Shown: piece by piece, positions 8,866 through 18,927 of the stretch
Layout of the letters: every line of letters begins with the position of its first letter
How positions within the stretch are numbered: position 1 is the stretch's first letter
Assembly (NCBI GenBank): GCA_964598495.1
Contig: CAZRBY010000006.1
Span: forward strand, 2,624 to 66,623
Length of the DNA: 64,000 nucleotides
From: an uncultured Muribaculaceae bacterium
Lineage (GTDB): Bacteria > Bacteroidota > Bacteroidia > Bacteroidales > UBA932
Reading direction: 5' to 3'
Notes under the pieces: generated by a model
Database searches by the model: none
Seen by the model: only the letters and a program-made list of their open reading frames with translations
Told to the model about the DNA's origin: nothing
Made by a program: the position numbers and the translations under genes

Positions 8866-9693
8866 TTACTGTCTTGGAGCCAACCCAAGGATTTGGCGTG
8901 CTTCAGCCGGAGTTGCAATGCCGCGGCCGAGTTCTTTGGCAAGTCTCACCACCTTGGCAACAAGTTCACCGTTGGATTGTGCGAGGACTCCCCTACTTAG
9001 ATAGAGACTGTCTTCAAATCCAACTCTCACATTGCCACCCATAGAAATTGCCGGAGCAACAAGAGTAAAATTGTGGCGACCTATACCTGTAGCACACCAG
9101 GTGCTGCCAGCGGGGATGGAATTCACAAGCCAGCAAAGATTGGGAATGGTTGCTGAAGTACAACCGGGAACACCGAGAACGAAGTTAAAATGCATCGGGT
9201 GACCGGGAACCTCACCTTTACGAGCCATTGTCAGTATTGTGTCAAGATGCCCCATTTCAAAGCACTCGTACTCAGGTTTTATGTTGTTTTCTTGCATTCT
9301 TTTACCGAACTCGCGCATCATTGGCATTGTATTTTCGAACACTTCATCACCAAAATTACAGGTTCCGCAATCGAGGGTAGCCATTTCGGGAAAAAGTTCC
9401 GTAGGCTGAAGTCTCTCTTCGGCTGTCATACCTACTGCACCACCGGTAGAAGGGATAAGGATAACATCGGGACAAACCTTATAGATAGCGTCAATACACT
9501 CCTTGAAGCGTGCTTTGCCTTGTGTAGGAGTGCCGTCATCCTCACGAACATGGAGATGGACTATGGCTGCACCGGCATCGACTGCCGATTTGGCCTCACG
9601 TACAATTTCGTAAACAGTATAGGGAACCGCAGGATTTTGCTCCTTCGTAACCTCTGCGCCGCATATGGCGGCGGTAATAATGAGTTTATCCAT
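8866..9693 (-). CDS. kce: 3-keto-5-aminohexanoate cleavage enzyme (BKACE/DUF849 family)
   Basis: The track start at 9711 is a TTG. The ATG at 9693 follows the kal stop (9696-9698) and gives MDKLIITAAICGAEVTKEQNPAVPYT, a typical BKACE N-terminus. Confidence 0.85.
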   Translation of the reverse strand: MDKLIITAAICGAEVTKEQNPAVPYTVYEIVREAKSAVDAGAAIVHLHVREDDGTPTQGKARFKECIDAIYKVCPDVILIPSTGGAVGMTAEERLQPTELFPEMATLDCGTCNFGDEVFENTMPMMREFGKRMQENNIKPEYECFEMGHLDTILTMARKGEVPGHPMHFNFVLGVPGCTSATIPNLCWLVNSIPAGSTWCATGIGRHNFTLVAPAISMGGNVRVGFEDSLYLSRGVLAQSNGELVAKVVRLAKELGRGIATPAEARQILGLAPRQ

Positions 9694-9695
9694 AA

Positions 9696-10082
9696 TTATT
9701 TCCTCTGGCAAGATTTAGGAGTTACACAAGTACCGCTTGCACGGCATACAACGATGGGCTCTTCGAGAAAGTCAGCAGCTGAATCGCTGATATCGTGACG
9801 GGGAATAATCACTTTACGAGCCTCGAATACCATTTTTCTGGAAGAATTGCCTTCGGAAACAATCTCGCCTACTGCCTCGATAAATTCACCGGCATATACG
9901 GGAGCGAAAAATTCAACCATATCATAGGCTTTGAAGAGACCTTCATCACCATCGCGTTTAATCAAAAGTTCGGTAGCAACATCACCGAAAAGTTGAAGCA
10001 TTTTTGCGCCGTCAACTAAATTACCGCCGTAATGAGCATCCTGAGAGCTCATACGTACTCTGATCATTGATTTGTTTGCCAT
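9696..10082 (-). CDS. kal: 3-aminobutyryl-CoA ammonia-lyase (hotdog fold)
   Basis: 128 aa. Size and operon position (between atoD and kce) match Kal. The call rests mostly on context. Confidence 0.7.
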   Translation of the reverse strand: MANKSMIRVRMSSQDAHYGGNLVDGAKMLQLFGDVATELLIKRDGDEGLFKAYDMVEFFAPVYAGEFIEAVGEIVSEGNSSRKMVFEARKVIIPRHDISDSAADFLEEPIVVCRASGTCVTPKSCQRK

Positions 10083-10115
10083 AAATAGTTTCTTTAAATA
10101 TCTGTTATTGTATTA

Positions 10116-10766
10116 TTATTGTTTTACATAGATGTAATCAACAAAAATAGAAGGGGTGTGTATAGCTTCGGGAGCCAGTTCACCGACCGGAACCATCTTT
10201 TCTGCCTCCACAATCACAACATCGCCGGCCTGTGCCATTGTGGGATTGAAATTGCGCGTCGTGCCTCTGTAGAATACATTGCCTGACTCATCGACGATAG
10301 AACCTCCGATGAATGCAAAATCAGCACCGAGGGGTTTTTCAATGAGATAGTCCTTTCCATCAATTGTGATCCTCTTCTTGCCTTTCTCAACGACAGTATC
10401 GAGACCTGTGGGTGTCAGCACGCCGCCAAGACCTGCACCCTTTGCACGGATACGCTCTGCAAGAGGACACTGGGGAACGAACTCAACCTCTGTTTCACCG
10501 GAATTCATCTGGTCTACGGATGCGGTATTACCTCCAATATATGAGGCTATGATCTTCTTAACCTGACGATTTTCAATCAACCTGCCCCACCCCTTGCCGT
10601 CAAACACAGTGTCATTGGCAATAACTGTCAGATCCTTGACTCCGCTCTCCACAAGAGCATCAATTAACTGCGCGGGAGCTCCGGTACCGAGGAAGCCTCC
10701 GACCATAATTGTAGCGCCGTCTTTTACCATTGCAACGGCATCCTTAAGAGAAATGTTTTTTTTCAT
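10116..10766 (-). CDS. atoD: CoA-transferase subunit A (AtoD-like)
   Basis: 216 aa. MKKNISLKDAVAMVKDGATIMVGGFLGTGAP is a typical CoA-transferase A-subunit N-terminus. It is the first gene of the operon. Confidence 0.85.
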   Translation of the reverse strand: MKKNISLKDAVAMVKDGATIMVGGFLGTGAPAQLIDALVESGVKDLTVIANDTVFDGKGWGRLIENRQVKKIIASYIGGNTASVDQMNSGETEVEFVPQCPLAERIRAKGAGLGGVLTPTGLDTVVEKGKKRITIDGKDYLIEKPLGADFAFIGGSIVDESGNVFYRGTTRNFNPTMAQAGDVVIVEAEKMVPVGELAPEAIHTPSIFVDYIYVKQ

Positions 10767-10800
10767 ATCATAGATAATTTAATTGTTCTAACTAAAAGCA

Positions 10801-10844
10801 ATTTTGCGGATCTGTTAAACTTTGTTTAACGCAATCCGCAAAAT
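10801..10844 (-). terminator. nested hairpin between the DUF2807 gene and the lysine operon
   Basis: ATTTTGCGGAT-ct-GTTAAAC-ttt-GTTTAAC-gca-ATCCGCAAAAT. It lies 32 nt downstream of the stop at 10876. It probably insulates the lysine operon promoter region and could also be an operator. Confidence 0.5.
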
Positions 10845-10875
10845 TAATCAAATTCATGACGATTTCCAAGAATTT

Positions 10876-11583
10876 TTACTCTTTATTCAGTACTGAACCT
10901 CCGCGGAGCTTTTTTGATTGTACATAAGCATTACCCCTGTAGGTGAAAGTACTGCCTCCTCTCAAATCTGCATTAATTGTATTGTTTACCGTTAATTCAG
11001 CTCTACTGGCACCGGACATATAGATCTCAAGATCCTCTATTGCAAAGTTGAAATCCATTACAGAGGCACCTGAAGAACAGTTTATAACCGCTTTAATAGC
11101 TTTACCCTTCAATGCGGCACCACCTCCTCTCGCATCAAGATTAAGATTATCCAAATTGAGGGAATTGCACCTGACATTACTGTTGCCTGTCAGTTTGATT
11201 TCCAGGTCACCGGTGACATCTCCGTAGATGCCTACGGGCGTGTTGTCTCCAACTTCAAGATAGTTTAGCGACTTGGTGTATATCCTCACTTCCATATCCA
11301 CGCTAGTCCCCGGTTCTACACCTCTCTTCACACCGAAATACAACACCCCATCCAGAATCTTGCCGTATAGATGTTGGTAAATATTTTCGTCACAGGTGAT
11401 CTCAATGCCCGACTCCCCTTCCTGCACATAAATCCTTGTAAAGACATCGTCACCCACTTTGACTCCAGTGAAGGGTTCCAGTGGGTAAAAGTAGGTCCCG
11501 TCAATCCTGCCCGTATTGATTCGCGCACAAGAAGTTAGAAGAAGCGACAGTAAAATTAAGATTCCCGGAAACAGACGTCTCAT
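10876..11583 (-). CDS. DUF2807/GIN-domain (putative auto-transporter adhesin head-like) lipoprotein
   Basis: 235 aa. It has a lipobox (LLTSC) and repeated beta-helix-like segments (SGAS, RGG). It is a paralogue of 26964..27848. ATGA overlap with the upstream OmpA-like gene. Confidence 0.6.
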   Translation of the reverse strand: MRRLFPGILILLSLLLTSCARINTGRIDGTYFYPLEPFTGVKVGDDVFTRIYVQEGESGIEITCDENIYQHLYGKILDGVLYFGVKRGVEPGTSVDMEVRIYTKSLNYLEVGDNTPVGIYGDVTGDLEIKLTGNSNVRCNSLNLDNLNLDARGGGAALKGKAIKAVINCSSGASVMDFNFAIEDLEIYMSGASRAELTVNNTINADLRGGSTFTYRGNAYVQSKKLRGGSVLNKE

Positions 11584-12275
11584 TTCTTCTTTTTGAGATT
11601 TCCTTCTTCTGCCTGCTTGATCATTGTCTCATTTGCGGAAACGAATACTTCCACACGGCGGTTGAGCCTGCGGCCTTCCGCTGTGGAGTTGTCTGCTATG
11701 GGCTCTTTGAAGGATTTGCCCTCATAAACCATCCTATCGGCTTCGATACCAAGTCTTTTAAGGTAGTCTGAAACAGCTTGTGCGCGCTGTAGAGAGAGTC
11801 TTTCGTTTACTGCTGCAGAACCGGTGTTGTCTGTGTGGCCGTAAATGGTTATGTCAGTCTCGGGAAGATCCCTCATCTCAACTGCAAACTCTGAAAGGGA
11901 AGCTTTTGAAGCCTCATTAAGAGTATATTTGCCCGTTTCAAAGAGAATACCGCTATCGAAGGTTATTTTGATAGCCTCGTATCCGTTGTCATCGGTCACG
12001 GTTTCCACCTGTACCCCATCAATCTGTGCCATTTCTGCAGCCTTTTTCTCCATAATGTCACCGATAACAGATCCTACAGCAGCACCAACTGCAGCACCAA
12101 CTACTCCACCTACCGCTGCACTCTTGGCATCCTTGCCTACGGCAGCACCTATACCGGCTCCTACTACAGCGCCGCCGGCGCCACCCATAATAGCACCCTT
12201 GGAAGTTTTTGACATATTGCCGCATCCTGTGCAAATGAAAGATGCGCAAAGAAAAATAGTTAGAATCTTTTTCAT
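11580..12275 (-). CDS. OmpA-family lipoprotein with N-terminal glycine-zipper
   Basis: 231 aa. It has a lipobox (ICTGC), a Gly/Ala zipper (GGAGGAVVGAGIGAAVG...) and a C-terminal OmpA_C motif (YGHTDNTGSAAVNERLSLQRAQAV...NRRVEV). Confidence 0.85.
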   Translation of the reverse strand: MKKILTIFLCASFICTGCGNMSKTSKGAIMGGAGGAVVGAGIGAAVGKDAKSAAVGGVVGAAVGAAVGSVIGDIMEKKAAEMAQIDGVQVETVTDDNGYEAIKITFDSGILFETGKYTLNEASKASLSEFAVEMRDLPETDITIYGHTDNTGSAAVNERLSLQRAQAVSDYLKRLGIEADRMVYEGKSFKEPIADNSTAEGRRLNRRVEVFVSANETMIKQAEEGNLKKKK

Positions 12276-12306
12276 TTTTTTAAAAAATTATAGTTAATAA
12301 ATCATT

Positions 12307-13470
12307 TCAATATTGATATTTCCTAAATACCGGATTAGCGTAAATGTGCAGGAGATTATCCAACACTGCATCGCGGTCGGCAGAGGCCGGAACCGCTGAT
12401 ATTTCCCTCTCAAGATAGGTTTTAAAGGCATTTTTCTCATCTGCTGAGTAATTCTCCGAAAAACCATTATCACCATTGAGGATGTCAGCCGCAATATAAT
12501 GAGAGGAATAGAGCCTAAATCCGTCGAGTATTTTTTTGTCAATAACTGATGCAAGATACTGAAATTTTTCATTCCTTGAAAATGAATTTGTTTCCTGCAG
12601 TTCTTCGGGCGTCAGCGGCTGACAGAAAGAGATATGCACCGCTCCCTTAGGCTGTTTTATGCCCTTGAGAATGCTCTCGGTATCCTCTCCCGAAGCCTTC
12701 TTATATGTACCCGTACTGTGTCTGATCCAGGTCTCCAGCGCCTTTTCAATGCCGCAGGGCTCTATTTCGTATGATATGGAAACCGGCATGATATTAAGCT
12801 CGGCAAAGTTAGGGATGAAATCACCTCTTCCGCTCATATCCAGCATTTTAAGCAATCCTTGTTCAGTGGTGTCAATACCATCTTTAGCCCTGCCGTTACG
12901 GTGTGCCAACCAGATGTTGGAAGTGCTGCTTCTGATATATTGTGAGAAAATCTGTGAGCTGTTGTAAACCTCGCGCGGGTTGTCGCTACGAACAACTTTG
13001 ATCATGCGATTGGAACGAATGATATCCTCTATATAACTGTCTGAAATAAGATTATCCCCCACCGCAATTTCCGTCAACGGCAATTTGTGATCTTCCAGGA
13101 TAAATTGTATGAATGCGGAATCAAGGACTATGTCACGATGGTTGGAGAGCAACAGAAAACGACGATTCTTATCAGACGTGAAGTATTCCAGCCCGGAAAA
13201 TGTTACTCCGTCAGTGGTTCCTTTCATGACGGAGCCTATAACGTGGTACATAACCTTTACCTGAAAATCATAGGTACCTGTAACACTCCTGAGAAGTTCT
13301 CTAAGGTATCCCCTATCTTTGTCAGGATAAAAGTATTCGGAAATAATTCCGGTCAGAGGGTGGTCGGCCACCCTCGCAAGTGCCTTGACAGTTTCACAGT
13401 CATTGTATGGCCTTATATTCTCAAACACTGTATCAGATGGTTTTCTCTTTGCGGGTGTATAGGTCTGCAA
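12307..13470 (-). CDS. putative glycerolipid/lysophospholipid acyltransferase (PlsC/LPLAT-like)
   Basis: 387 aa. LLSNHRDIVLDSAF resembles the acyltransferase H(x)nD block. The start is uncertain: the track start is a TTG overlapping the M28 gene by 38 nt, and an alternative GTG at 13428 lies just after that gene's stop. Confidence 0.5.
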   Translation of the reverse strand: MQTYTPAKRKPSDTVFENIRPYNDCETVKALARVADHPLTGIISEYFYPDKDRGYLRELLRSVTGTYDFQVKVMYHVIGSVMKGTTDGVTFSGLEYFTSDKNRRFLLLSNHRDIVLDSAFIQFILEDHKLPLTEIAVGDNLISDSYIEDIIRSNRMIKVVRSDNPREVYNSSQIFSQYIRSSTSNIWLAHRNGRAKDGIDTTEQGLLKMLDMSGRGDFIPNFAELNIMPVSISYEIEPCGIEKALETWIRHSTGTYKKASGEDTESILKGIKQPKGAVHISFCQPLTPEELQETNSFSRNEKFQYLASVIDKKILDGFRLYSSHYIAADILNGDNGFSENYSADEKNAFKTYLEREISAVPASADRDAVLDNLLHIYANPVFRKYQY

Positions 13471-15151
13471 GAGGCAAAAGCAGTGCCAGATAGATAACTA
13501 TGAATAGTGGAAGTACTCCCAAAGCACCCATCGTGAGGGCAATTATAACTATATATAGGAATGAAAACGCATGTAACAAAGATACTACGATCGCAGCCAG
13601 GAGCCATCCGCGCCAGGTTGTAATTCTCCAAAGGAAAACCGAGGCAGCTGCCATGGCCAGGGGCAACGCAAAGAAGAAATTTTCACCTATTGTAAGCAGA
13701 AGAACAGCTGATAAGAGTAGCATAAGCAACATTGCCCCATAAAGAAGATTGTAGGAATACTTTGTGGCACCACTTGCGGCAGCACTCTTGCGAATGGCAG
13801 TAGATGAAATGCTGTCAGCAGACTTTTTCCTGCCGACAAGGAAGCAGATTGCAACTATCAGCGCAGTGAGAACTGCCGTGCCTATCAGCACCCATTCATC
13901 AAACTGCACTCCGCGTACAACACCCATGAAAGAGAACTTTGCACCTGTAATCAGGCAGATGACCCATGCGATGAGTTCACCGAGACCGAATGCTGCAAGA
14001 GCCCACAACAGCACTTTTGCAGAGGCTACGAGCACCTTGAGCGGCCTGATTCTGCCACTGATCAAAGCAAAGCTGAAAATAAGGCAGAAAAGCGCCAGAA
14101 CAATGGAGTTTGCCAGCAGGTATCCTCCTTTGGAGAATAATATCAGGCCGATAGCGGGAATGGTGAAGGCGACCGACGACTTGTCAGACACCATTGCCTT
14201 GGAGTCACGATATTCGTGGTTAGTGAGATACTCCTCGATTATGGGCTCCAATTGGGCACCAAAATGCTGTATTGTATGAAGTGATATGTTGTCGTAATTG
14301 TCCAGATCAGTGTGATAGTGGTTGATATCGTCAAGATTGGAGAAATTCATGCCCGGGTAGGAATCCTTCAAAGGTGTAAAGTCGGTAAAATTAGGCATAA
14401 ACTCATAGACCACCGTAGTAAAGGTGTATGTATAGGGAGCCTTGGCCTTTTTATAGAGTGAGAGCACCTTCGAGTTGTTTTTACCCGTCTCAAAAAGCAG
14501 TACGGGACCTTTGTTGCCACGACTTTCAAGATTGATTATAAGTCCGACATTGTCAAAAATCTCGGGATTGTTCTCAAGTGCGGAATTGATACCTGCAAGC
14601 TTCCACTCCTCCGAGTCGGTTAGCAGTATTTTTATCCCCTGTCGCCACTCTCCACGATAGTACAAAGCCTGTTGTAGAGCCTCCAGAGCAACACAACATC
14701 CATATCCGTCATCAGCTGCGCCATATGATAGCACTGTCTTATCAAGCACCTTCTGGGGATATCTTGAATCATAATGAGCTATCAACATCAAGTATGTAGG
14801 ATTCGGGTGATCAGGATCGTTGATGAGAGGATCCACCTTTGCGAGAATGTTGGTGATATCAATCGGCTTGCCTTCATACTCCGTAGCGCTTTCGTACGGA
14901 TAAAATACCACGGAAGAGTCCGTAAGGGCAATTAAACGATCTCCCAGATATTCTCTAACCTCAGCCCTCTCATTCGAATGAATTATGGAATGTGGTTTAC
15001 GGCTGATAACCTTGATATCGGCAGTCACTCTTTCAGCTGAAAAACTCTCCGAATCCGTGGGTTCGACCCTTGGGGCCGTAAAAATACCATACGCTGCCAG
15101 TGCAGACAGCACCACAGCAGCAATCAGTATGAATAGCCTATATTTTCTCAT
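13433..15151 (-). CDS. M28-family metallopeptidase with C-terminal multi-span membrane domain
   Basis: 572 aa with an N-terminal TM. M28-like metal-ligand blocks are present (IAHYDS, GAADDGYGC, DSEEW, NLESRG). About 7 hydrophobic helices follow in the C-terminal half. Confidence 0.75.
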   Translation of the reverse strand: MRKYRLFILIAAVVLSALAAYGIFTAPRVEPTDSESFSAERVTADIKVISRKPHSIIHSNERAEVREYLGDRLIALTDSSVVFYPYESATEYEGKPIDITNILAKVDPLINDPDHPNPTYLMLIAHYDSRYPQKVLDKTVLSYGAADDGYGCCVALEALQQALYYRGEWRQGIKILLTDSEEWKLAGINSALENNPEIFDNVGLIINLESRGNKGPVLLFETGKNNSKVLSLYKKAKAPYTYTFTTVVYEFMPNFTDFTPLKDSYPGMNFSNLDDINHYHTDLDNYDNISLHTIQHFGAQLEPIIEEYLTNHEYRDSKAMVSDKSSVAFTIPAIGLILFSKGGYLLANSIVLALFCLIFSFALISGRIRPLKVLVASAKVLLWALAAFGLGELIAWVICLITGAKFSFMGVVRGVQFDEWVLIGTAVLTALIVAICFLVGRKKSADSISSTAIRKSAAASGATKYSYNLLYGAMLLMLLLSAVLLLTIGENFFFALPLAMAAASVFLWRITTWRGWLLAAIVVSLLHAFSFLYIVIIALTMGALGVLPLFIVIYLALLLPLADLYTRKEKTI

Positions 15152-15168
15152 TGATTTTTAAAATTATG

Positions 15169-17031
15169 TTAGTTGATCTTGGCAAGAGCAGCAAGGTTGG
15201 CTTCGTTTACAGGATTTTTGCCTTCTGCGGTAAATGCAAATTCGATTCTCTCCGCATAAGCCTTCTCTACGGCATTTCTCACAAGTTTCATTGTACTGTT
15301 GATCATCTTGTTAGCCTCGCTGAAAGGCTCATCGGCAATGATGAAAGTGGTGGGAAGCCACCTTTCGGGGAATGTACCGGCAAATTGACCTCCTGAACGA
15401 TATTTGTCAAACTCGGCCTTGACCGCCATAATACCTGCCTCACCTTCCGGAAGAACCTTCTTGTCAACCTGAACGACACAGATTGTATAGGGATTCTGGT
15501 TGTTATGAAGCATGATGTTTTGAATGATCTTTGAATTTTCAATGATAGACTCTTCAATACCTTCAGGTGCATATTTTTCTCCGTCACTTGAGATAAGTAG
15601 GGATTTGAATCGGCCGAGAACATACAGGAATCCCGACTTGTGCATATAGCCCATATCGCCGGTGTAGAGCCATCCATCTTTGACGGTGTCGGCAGTAGAT
15701 GTCGGATTCTTCCAGTAACCGGCCATCACGTTTTCTCCACGGATAACTATTTCACCGGTAACTCCATCGGGAACTTCATTGCCATTCTCATCGCAAATCT
15801 TAAGGTCCATGGGCTTCACAAGTATGCCGGAAGAGCCTAGACGATGCTTTTTAGGAGTATTGGTTGAGATAACCGGAGTGGCCTCGGAAAGGCCGTAACC
15901 CTGGAACATAGGTATACCGAGTGCATAATAAAACCTCTGAATATCTATGTCCAAAAGTGCACCACCTCCAATGAAGAAATCCAGTTCACCGCCCATAGCC
16001 ATGCGCACTTTACTGAAAATCAGTTTGTCGAAGATTTTTACCAACGGTGCGGCGAAAATTCTCAGCCCTCTGCCCCTATTCCAACCCTCCTGATTGTACC
16101 AGATGGCCAATTTGAGTGCAAAATCAAAGATTTTTTTCTTGCCGCTCTTCTCCACCGAACTCTCGATGTTCTTCTTGAAATTCTTGGCAAGCGCAGGCAC
16201 GGAGAGCATTATGTTGGGTTTGACTTCAGCTATACTCATAGGTATGTTGCGAAGAGTCTCCATAGCAGTCTTACCCTGTGGGACAGTGGCTATTTTTGCT
16301 CCTCTTGCCATCATGGCGTACATTCCAACCACGTGTGCAAAGCAATGATCCAAGGGCAGTATGATCAACATCTTGACGTTCTCGTCAATATTTATACAAG
16401 AAAGCGACTGCTCCACATTTGCAGTATAGTTACGGTGTGTCAAAACCACACCTTTGGGATCTGCAGTAGTGCCGGATGTATAGGTAATAGTGGCAATATC
16501 GTCGTTTTGTATGGATTGACCGATTTTAAGGAATTCATCCATATTTGTCTCCAGATATTTAGCACCGCGTTTCATAAGATCCTCAGCAGCAATCTCCCCC
16601 GCCTCGTAACTCTCGACCGGATCAAGGACAATGACCTTCTCTACGAGGGGCAGCCGGTCCCTTATCAGACGAATCTTATTAAGCTGTCTGGAACTGGTGA
16701 TGATGTATTTTACATCGCCATGAATCAGTCGAAAGAGCAAATCGTTTGATTCTTCGAGTTTTATGGAGAGAGGTACGCTCACGCCTCCGGCGTAAAACAT
16801 GCCCAACTCACTGATTATCCACATATTGCAACCTTCCGCAAGAATGGCTATATTCTCTTTTGGTTTGACGCCTTCAAGTACGAGTCCGGCTCCGAACTTA
16901 TACACAGCATCCATTGTCTGCTTATAAGTAGTGGGCTCAAAAGTACCTGTTTTGCTCTCAAGCAGATAGGCGTTGTCCGGAAATTGTGCAACAGCCTGCT
17001 CGAAATGGTCAATAATGGTTTTTTTGATCAT
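15169..17031 (-). CDS. long-chain-fatty-acid--CoA ligase (AMP-dependent synthetase)
   Basis: 620 aa with the AMP-binding signature YTSGTTADPKGV and the GYGLSE and GDMGY blocks. Confidence 0.85.
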   Translation of the reverse strand: MIKKTIIDHFEQAVAQFPDNAYLLESKTGTFEPTTYKQTMDAVYKFGAGLVLEGVKPKENIAILAEGCNMWIISELGMFYAGGVSVPLSIKLEESNDLLFRLIHGDVKYIITSSRQLNKIRLIRDRLPLVEKVIVLDPVESYEAGEIAAEDLMKRGAKYLETNMDEFLKIGQSIQNDDIATITYTSGTTADPKGVVLTHRNYTANVEQSLSCINIDENVKMLIILPLDHCFAHVVGMYAMMARGAKIATVPQGKTAMETLRNIPMSIAEVKPNIMLSVPALAKNFKKNIESSVEKSGKKKIFDFALKLAIWYNQEGWNRGRGLRIFAAPLVKIFDKLIFSKVRMAMGGELDFFIGGGALLDIDIQRFYYALGIPMFQGYGLSEATPVISTNTPKKHRLGSSGILVKPMDLKICDENGNEVPDGVTGEIVIRGENVMAGYWKNPTSTADTVKDGWLYTGDMGYMHKSGFLYVLGRFKSLLISSDGEKYAPEGIEESIIENSKIIQNIMLHNNQNPYTICVVQVDKKVLPEGEAGIMAVKAEFDKYRSGGQFAGTFPERWLPTTFIIADEPFSEANKMINSTMKLVRNAVEKAYAERIEFAFTAEGKNPVNEANLAALAKIN

Positions 17032-17075
17032 AATATTGTAGGTTTTAGTCTTAATTAAGATACAAATATATATTT

Positions 17076-18305
17076 TTATTTTCTAATTTCCAACAAGGAA
17101 GAGTCCCCGTAACTGAGAAAACGGAACCCATTATCGAGTGCATAATTATAGATGTTTCTCCATGATTTACCCACAAAAGCCGAGATAAGCAATAATAGTG
17201 TGCTTTTGGGCTGGTGAAAGTTGGTAATAAGGTGATCTATTACTCTAAATCGGTATCCCGGTACAATAATAATCTCCGTGCGCGAGAGCAAATTGTCGAG
17301 TGAATTAGCCTCCAGATAGTCTGCAAGGGCATCAAGAGCCTCTTTTAAAGTATAGTCGAACCCCTCCTCACGATACGGTTCCCATTGTGAGACATACGAA
17401 GGAGCTTTTTTCTCAATAACCTGCACACCGAGAAAATAGAGGGACTCGAGACAGCGAGTGGAAGTTGTACCTACGGCAATTATGTGCTTTGAGGCGTAGT
17501 TTCGCAAGGATTTGATCAATTCTGTGGGGATTGAGAAGGGTTCGCTGTGCATATTATGCTCAGAGATATATTCGCTTTTTACCGGCAGAAAGGTGCCTGC
17601 CCCCACATGGAGTGATAGGTATCCCTGTTTTATCCCCTTCTCGGAAATCTTTTCAAGCACCGAGTCAGTGAAGTGGAGTCCTGCAGTCGGTGCTGCTACA
17701 GAGCCATCTATGCATGCATAGCAGGTCTGATAACGCACTTTATCAAGAGGCTCGGGATCACGTTTCAGATAGGGAGGAATTGGGATTTTGCCGCAAATTT
17801 CCAGTACTTTAGAAAACGAATCGCCACTTTTCCATGAAAATTGTACAACAATTCTGTTATTTCCCCTTTCTACGAGTTCCGCCTCCAAATCCAGACTCGC
17901 TATGGCAGGATCATCAGAAGAATTGAAAAAATATACGGGACCATCCTTCCATCTCTTAATATTACCCACAATGACTTTCCAGCGGCATTTTCCCGTACAG
18001 GCAAAATTGAGTTGATAATCCTCGGGATCAACAGGTTCAAGACAAAAAATCTCTATTATGGCTCCGGAATTGCGCATAAAAAGCAATCTTGCAGGAATTA
18101 CCCTCGTATTATTGAAGATCATGAGCGAATCTTCAGGTAAAAATCTGTCGATGTCGGTAAATTTCTCGTCACAAGGAAGAAAACCGTTCCTACTTGTAAA
18201 AAGCAGTAGTTTAGATGAGTCTCTCTCTTGCAGAGGAAATTTTGAAATTCTATCGTCCGGGAGGTGATAGTCGTATTCTTCGATTCTAATCCTGTCTGTA
18301 ATCAT
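17076..18305 (-). CDS. queA: S-adenosylmethionine:tRNA ribosyltransferase-isomerase
   Basis: It has the YDYHLPDDRISKFP N-terminal motif and the GTTSTR and ITNFHQPKSTLL blocks of QueA. The track start at 18323 is a GTG; the first ATG is at 18305. Confidence 0.88.
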   Translation of the reverse strand: MITDRIRIEEYDYHLPDDRISKFPLQERDSSKLLLFTSRNGFLPCDEKFTDIDRFLPEDSLMIFNNTRVIPARLLFMRNSGAIIEIFCLEPVDPEDYQLNFACTGKCRWKVIVGNIKRWKDGPVYFFNSSDDPAIASLDLEAELVERGNNRIVVQFSWKSGDSFSKVLEICGKIPIPPYLKRDPEPLDKVRYQTCYACIDGSVAAPTAGLHFTDSVLEKISEKGIKQGYLSLHVGAGTFLPVKSEYISEHNMHSEPFSIPTELIKSLRNYASKHIIAVGTTSTRCLESLYFLGVQVIEKKAPSYVSQWEPYREEGFDYTLKEALDALADYLEANSLDNLLSRTEIIIVPGYRFRVIDHLITNFHQPKSTLLLLISAFVGKSWRNIYNYALDNGFRFLSYGDSSLLEIRK

Positions 18306-18438
18306 AAATGTAATCTTCAACACAAAGGTAAATCAATAGATTTGAATAAAGGGCATTTTTAATCGATTTAAAAGGTTTACTAATCTAAGCATACTTGATA
18401 TATACCCGATACGATATAATTGAATTGCGGTGATTTAT

Positions 18439-18907
18439 TTACATTTGTGACATCTCTGCTTGTTTACAGATGTTTATAATTGAGGGCATTTGTCTTTACA
18501 TATGTAACCGAATAAGAATTTGACTAATGAATTATGGTCATTTACAATTGTGTCGTGGATAATACTTGGATTTTATCAACACATGTTAATAACTAAAAGT
18601 TATTTTAAAATATCTAAGCACTTATTAGATTGAAAACCAGATATTTAAATATTATTATCTAAAGTAAATTAATGTATACAAACCTAAATAATGACCATTT
18701 TGAGTTCAATTGTTCATTTAATGGAGATTTTAAGATATATAATATATTATATCCCAGTAGTTTATTAGTTTTATCTTGATTAACGCTTTATATTAAACAC
18801 CTATTTTTATTCAAGTTCTATTCTTTATTGTTGTAATTTACATTTGTAACTTATTAATTTAATCGTCCTGATTACATTTGTAATCAAAAATAGTGCTACA
18901 TTTGTAT
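18439..18907 (+). promoter_or_regulatory. array of seven TTACA-N2-TGTAA-like motifs in a 600-bp AT-rich ORF-free region
   Basis: Copies are at 18439-18450, 18464-18473, 18496-18507 (perfect palindrome TTACATATGTAA), 18542-18552, 18838-18849, 18872-18883 (inside GATTACATTTGTAATC) and 18896-18907. Each also contains the Bacteroidetes -7 promoter consensus TAnnTTTG. The last copy is 24 nt upstream of the ATG at 18928. Confidence 0.6.
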
Positions 18908-18927
18908 CGAATCAAGTTTACAAAATT

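Noticed and set aside
10767-10875. Lysine riboswitch (L-box) upstream of the lysine fermentation operon
   Set aside because: The spacer is only 109 nt, too short for an L-box of about 180 nt. It is largely occupied by a simple nested hairpin that is better explained as the terminator of the upstream gene.
11845-12297. 150-aa Ala/Pro/Thr-rich plus-strand ORF, and the Cys/Arg-rich 63-aa ORF at 12058..12249
   Set aside because: These are shadow ORFs generated by the GGN/GCN-rich glycine-zipper coding region of the OmpA-like gene on the opposite strand or in an alternate frame. Their low-complexity composition is typical of antisense artefacts.
18324-18927. AT-rich 600-bp ORF-free region as a possible chromosomal replication origin
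   Set aside because: I found only one near-consensus DnaA box (TTATCCACg on the minus strand, 18554-18562). There is no cluster of boxes and no dnaA/dnaN neighbourhood. The repeated motif is TTACAnnTGTAA rather than a DnaA box.
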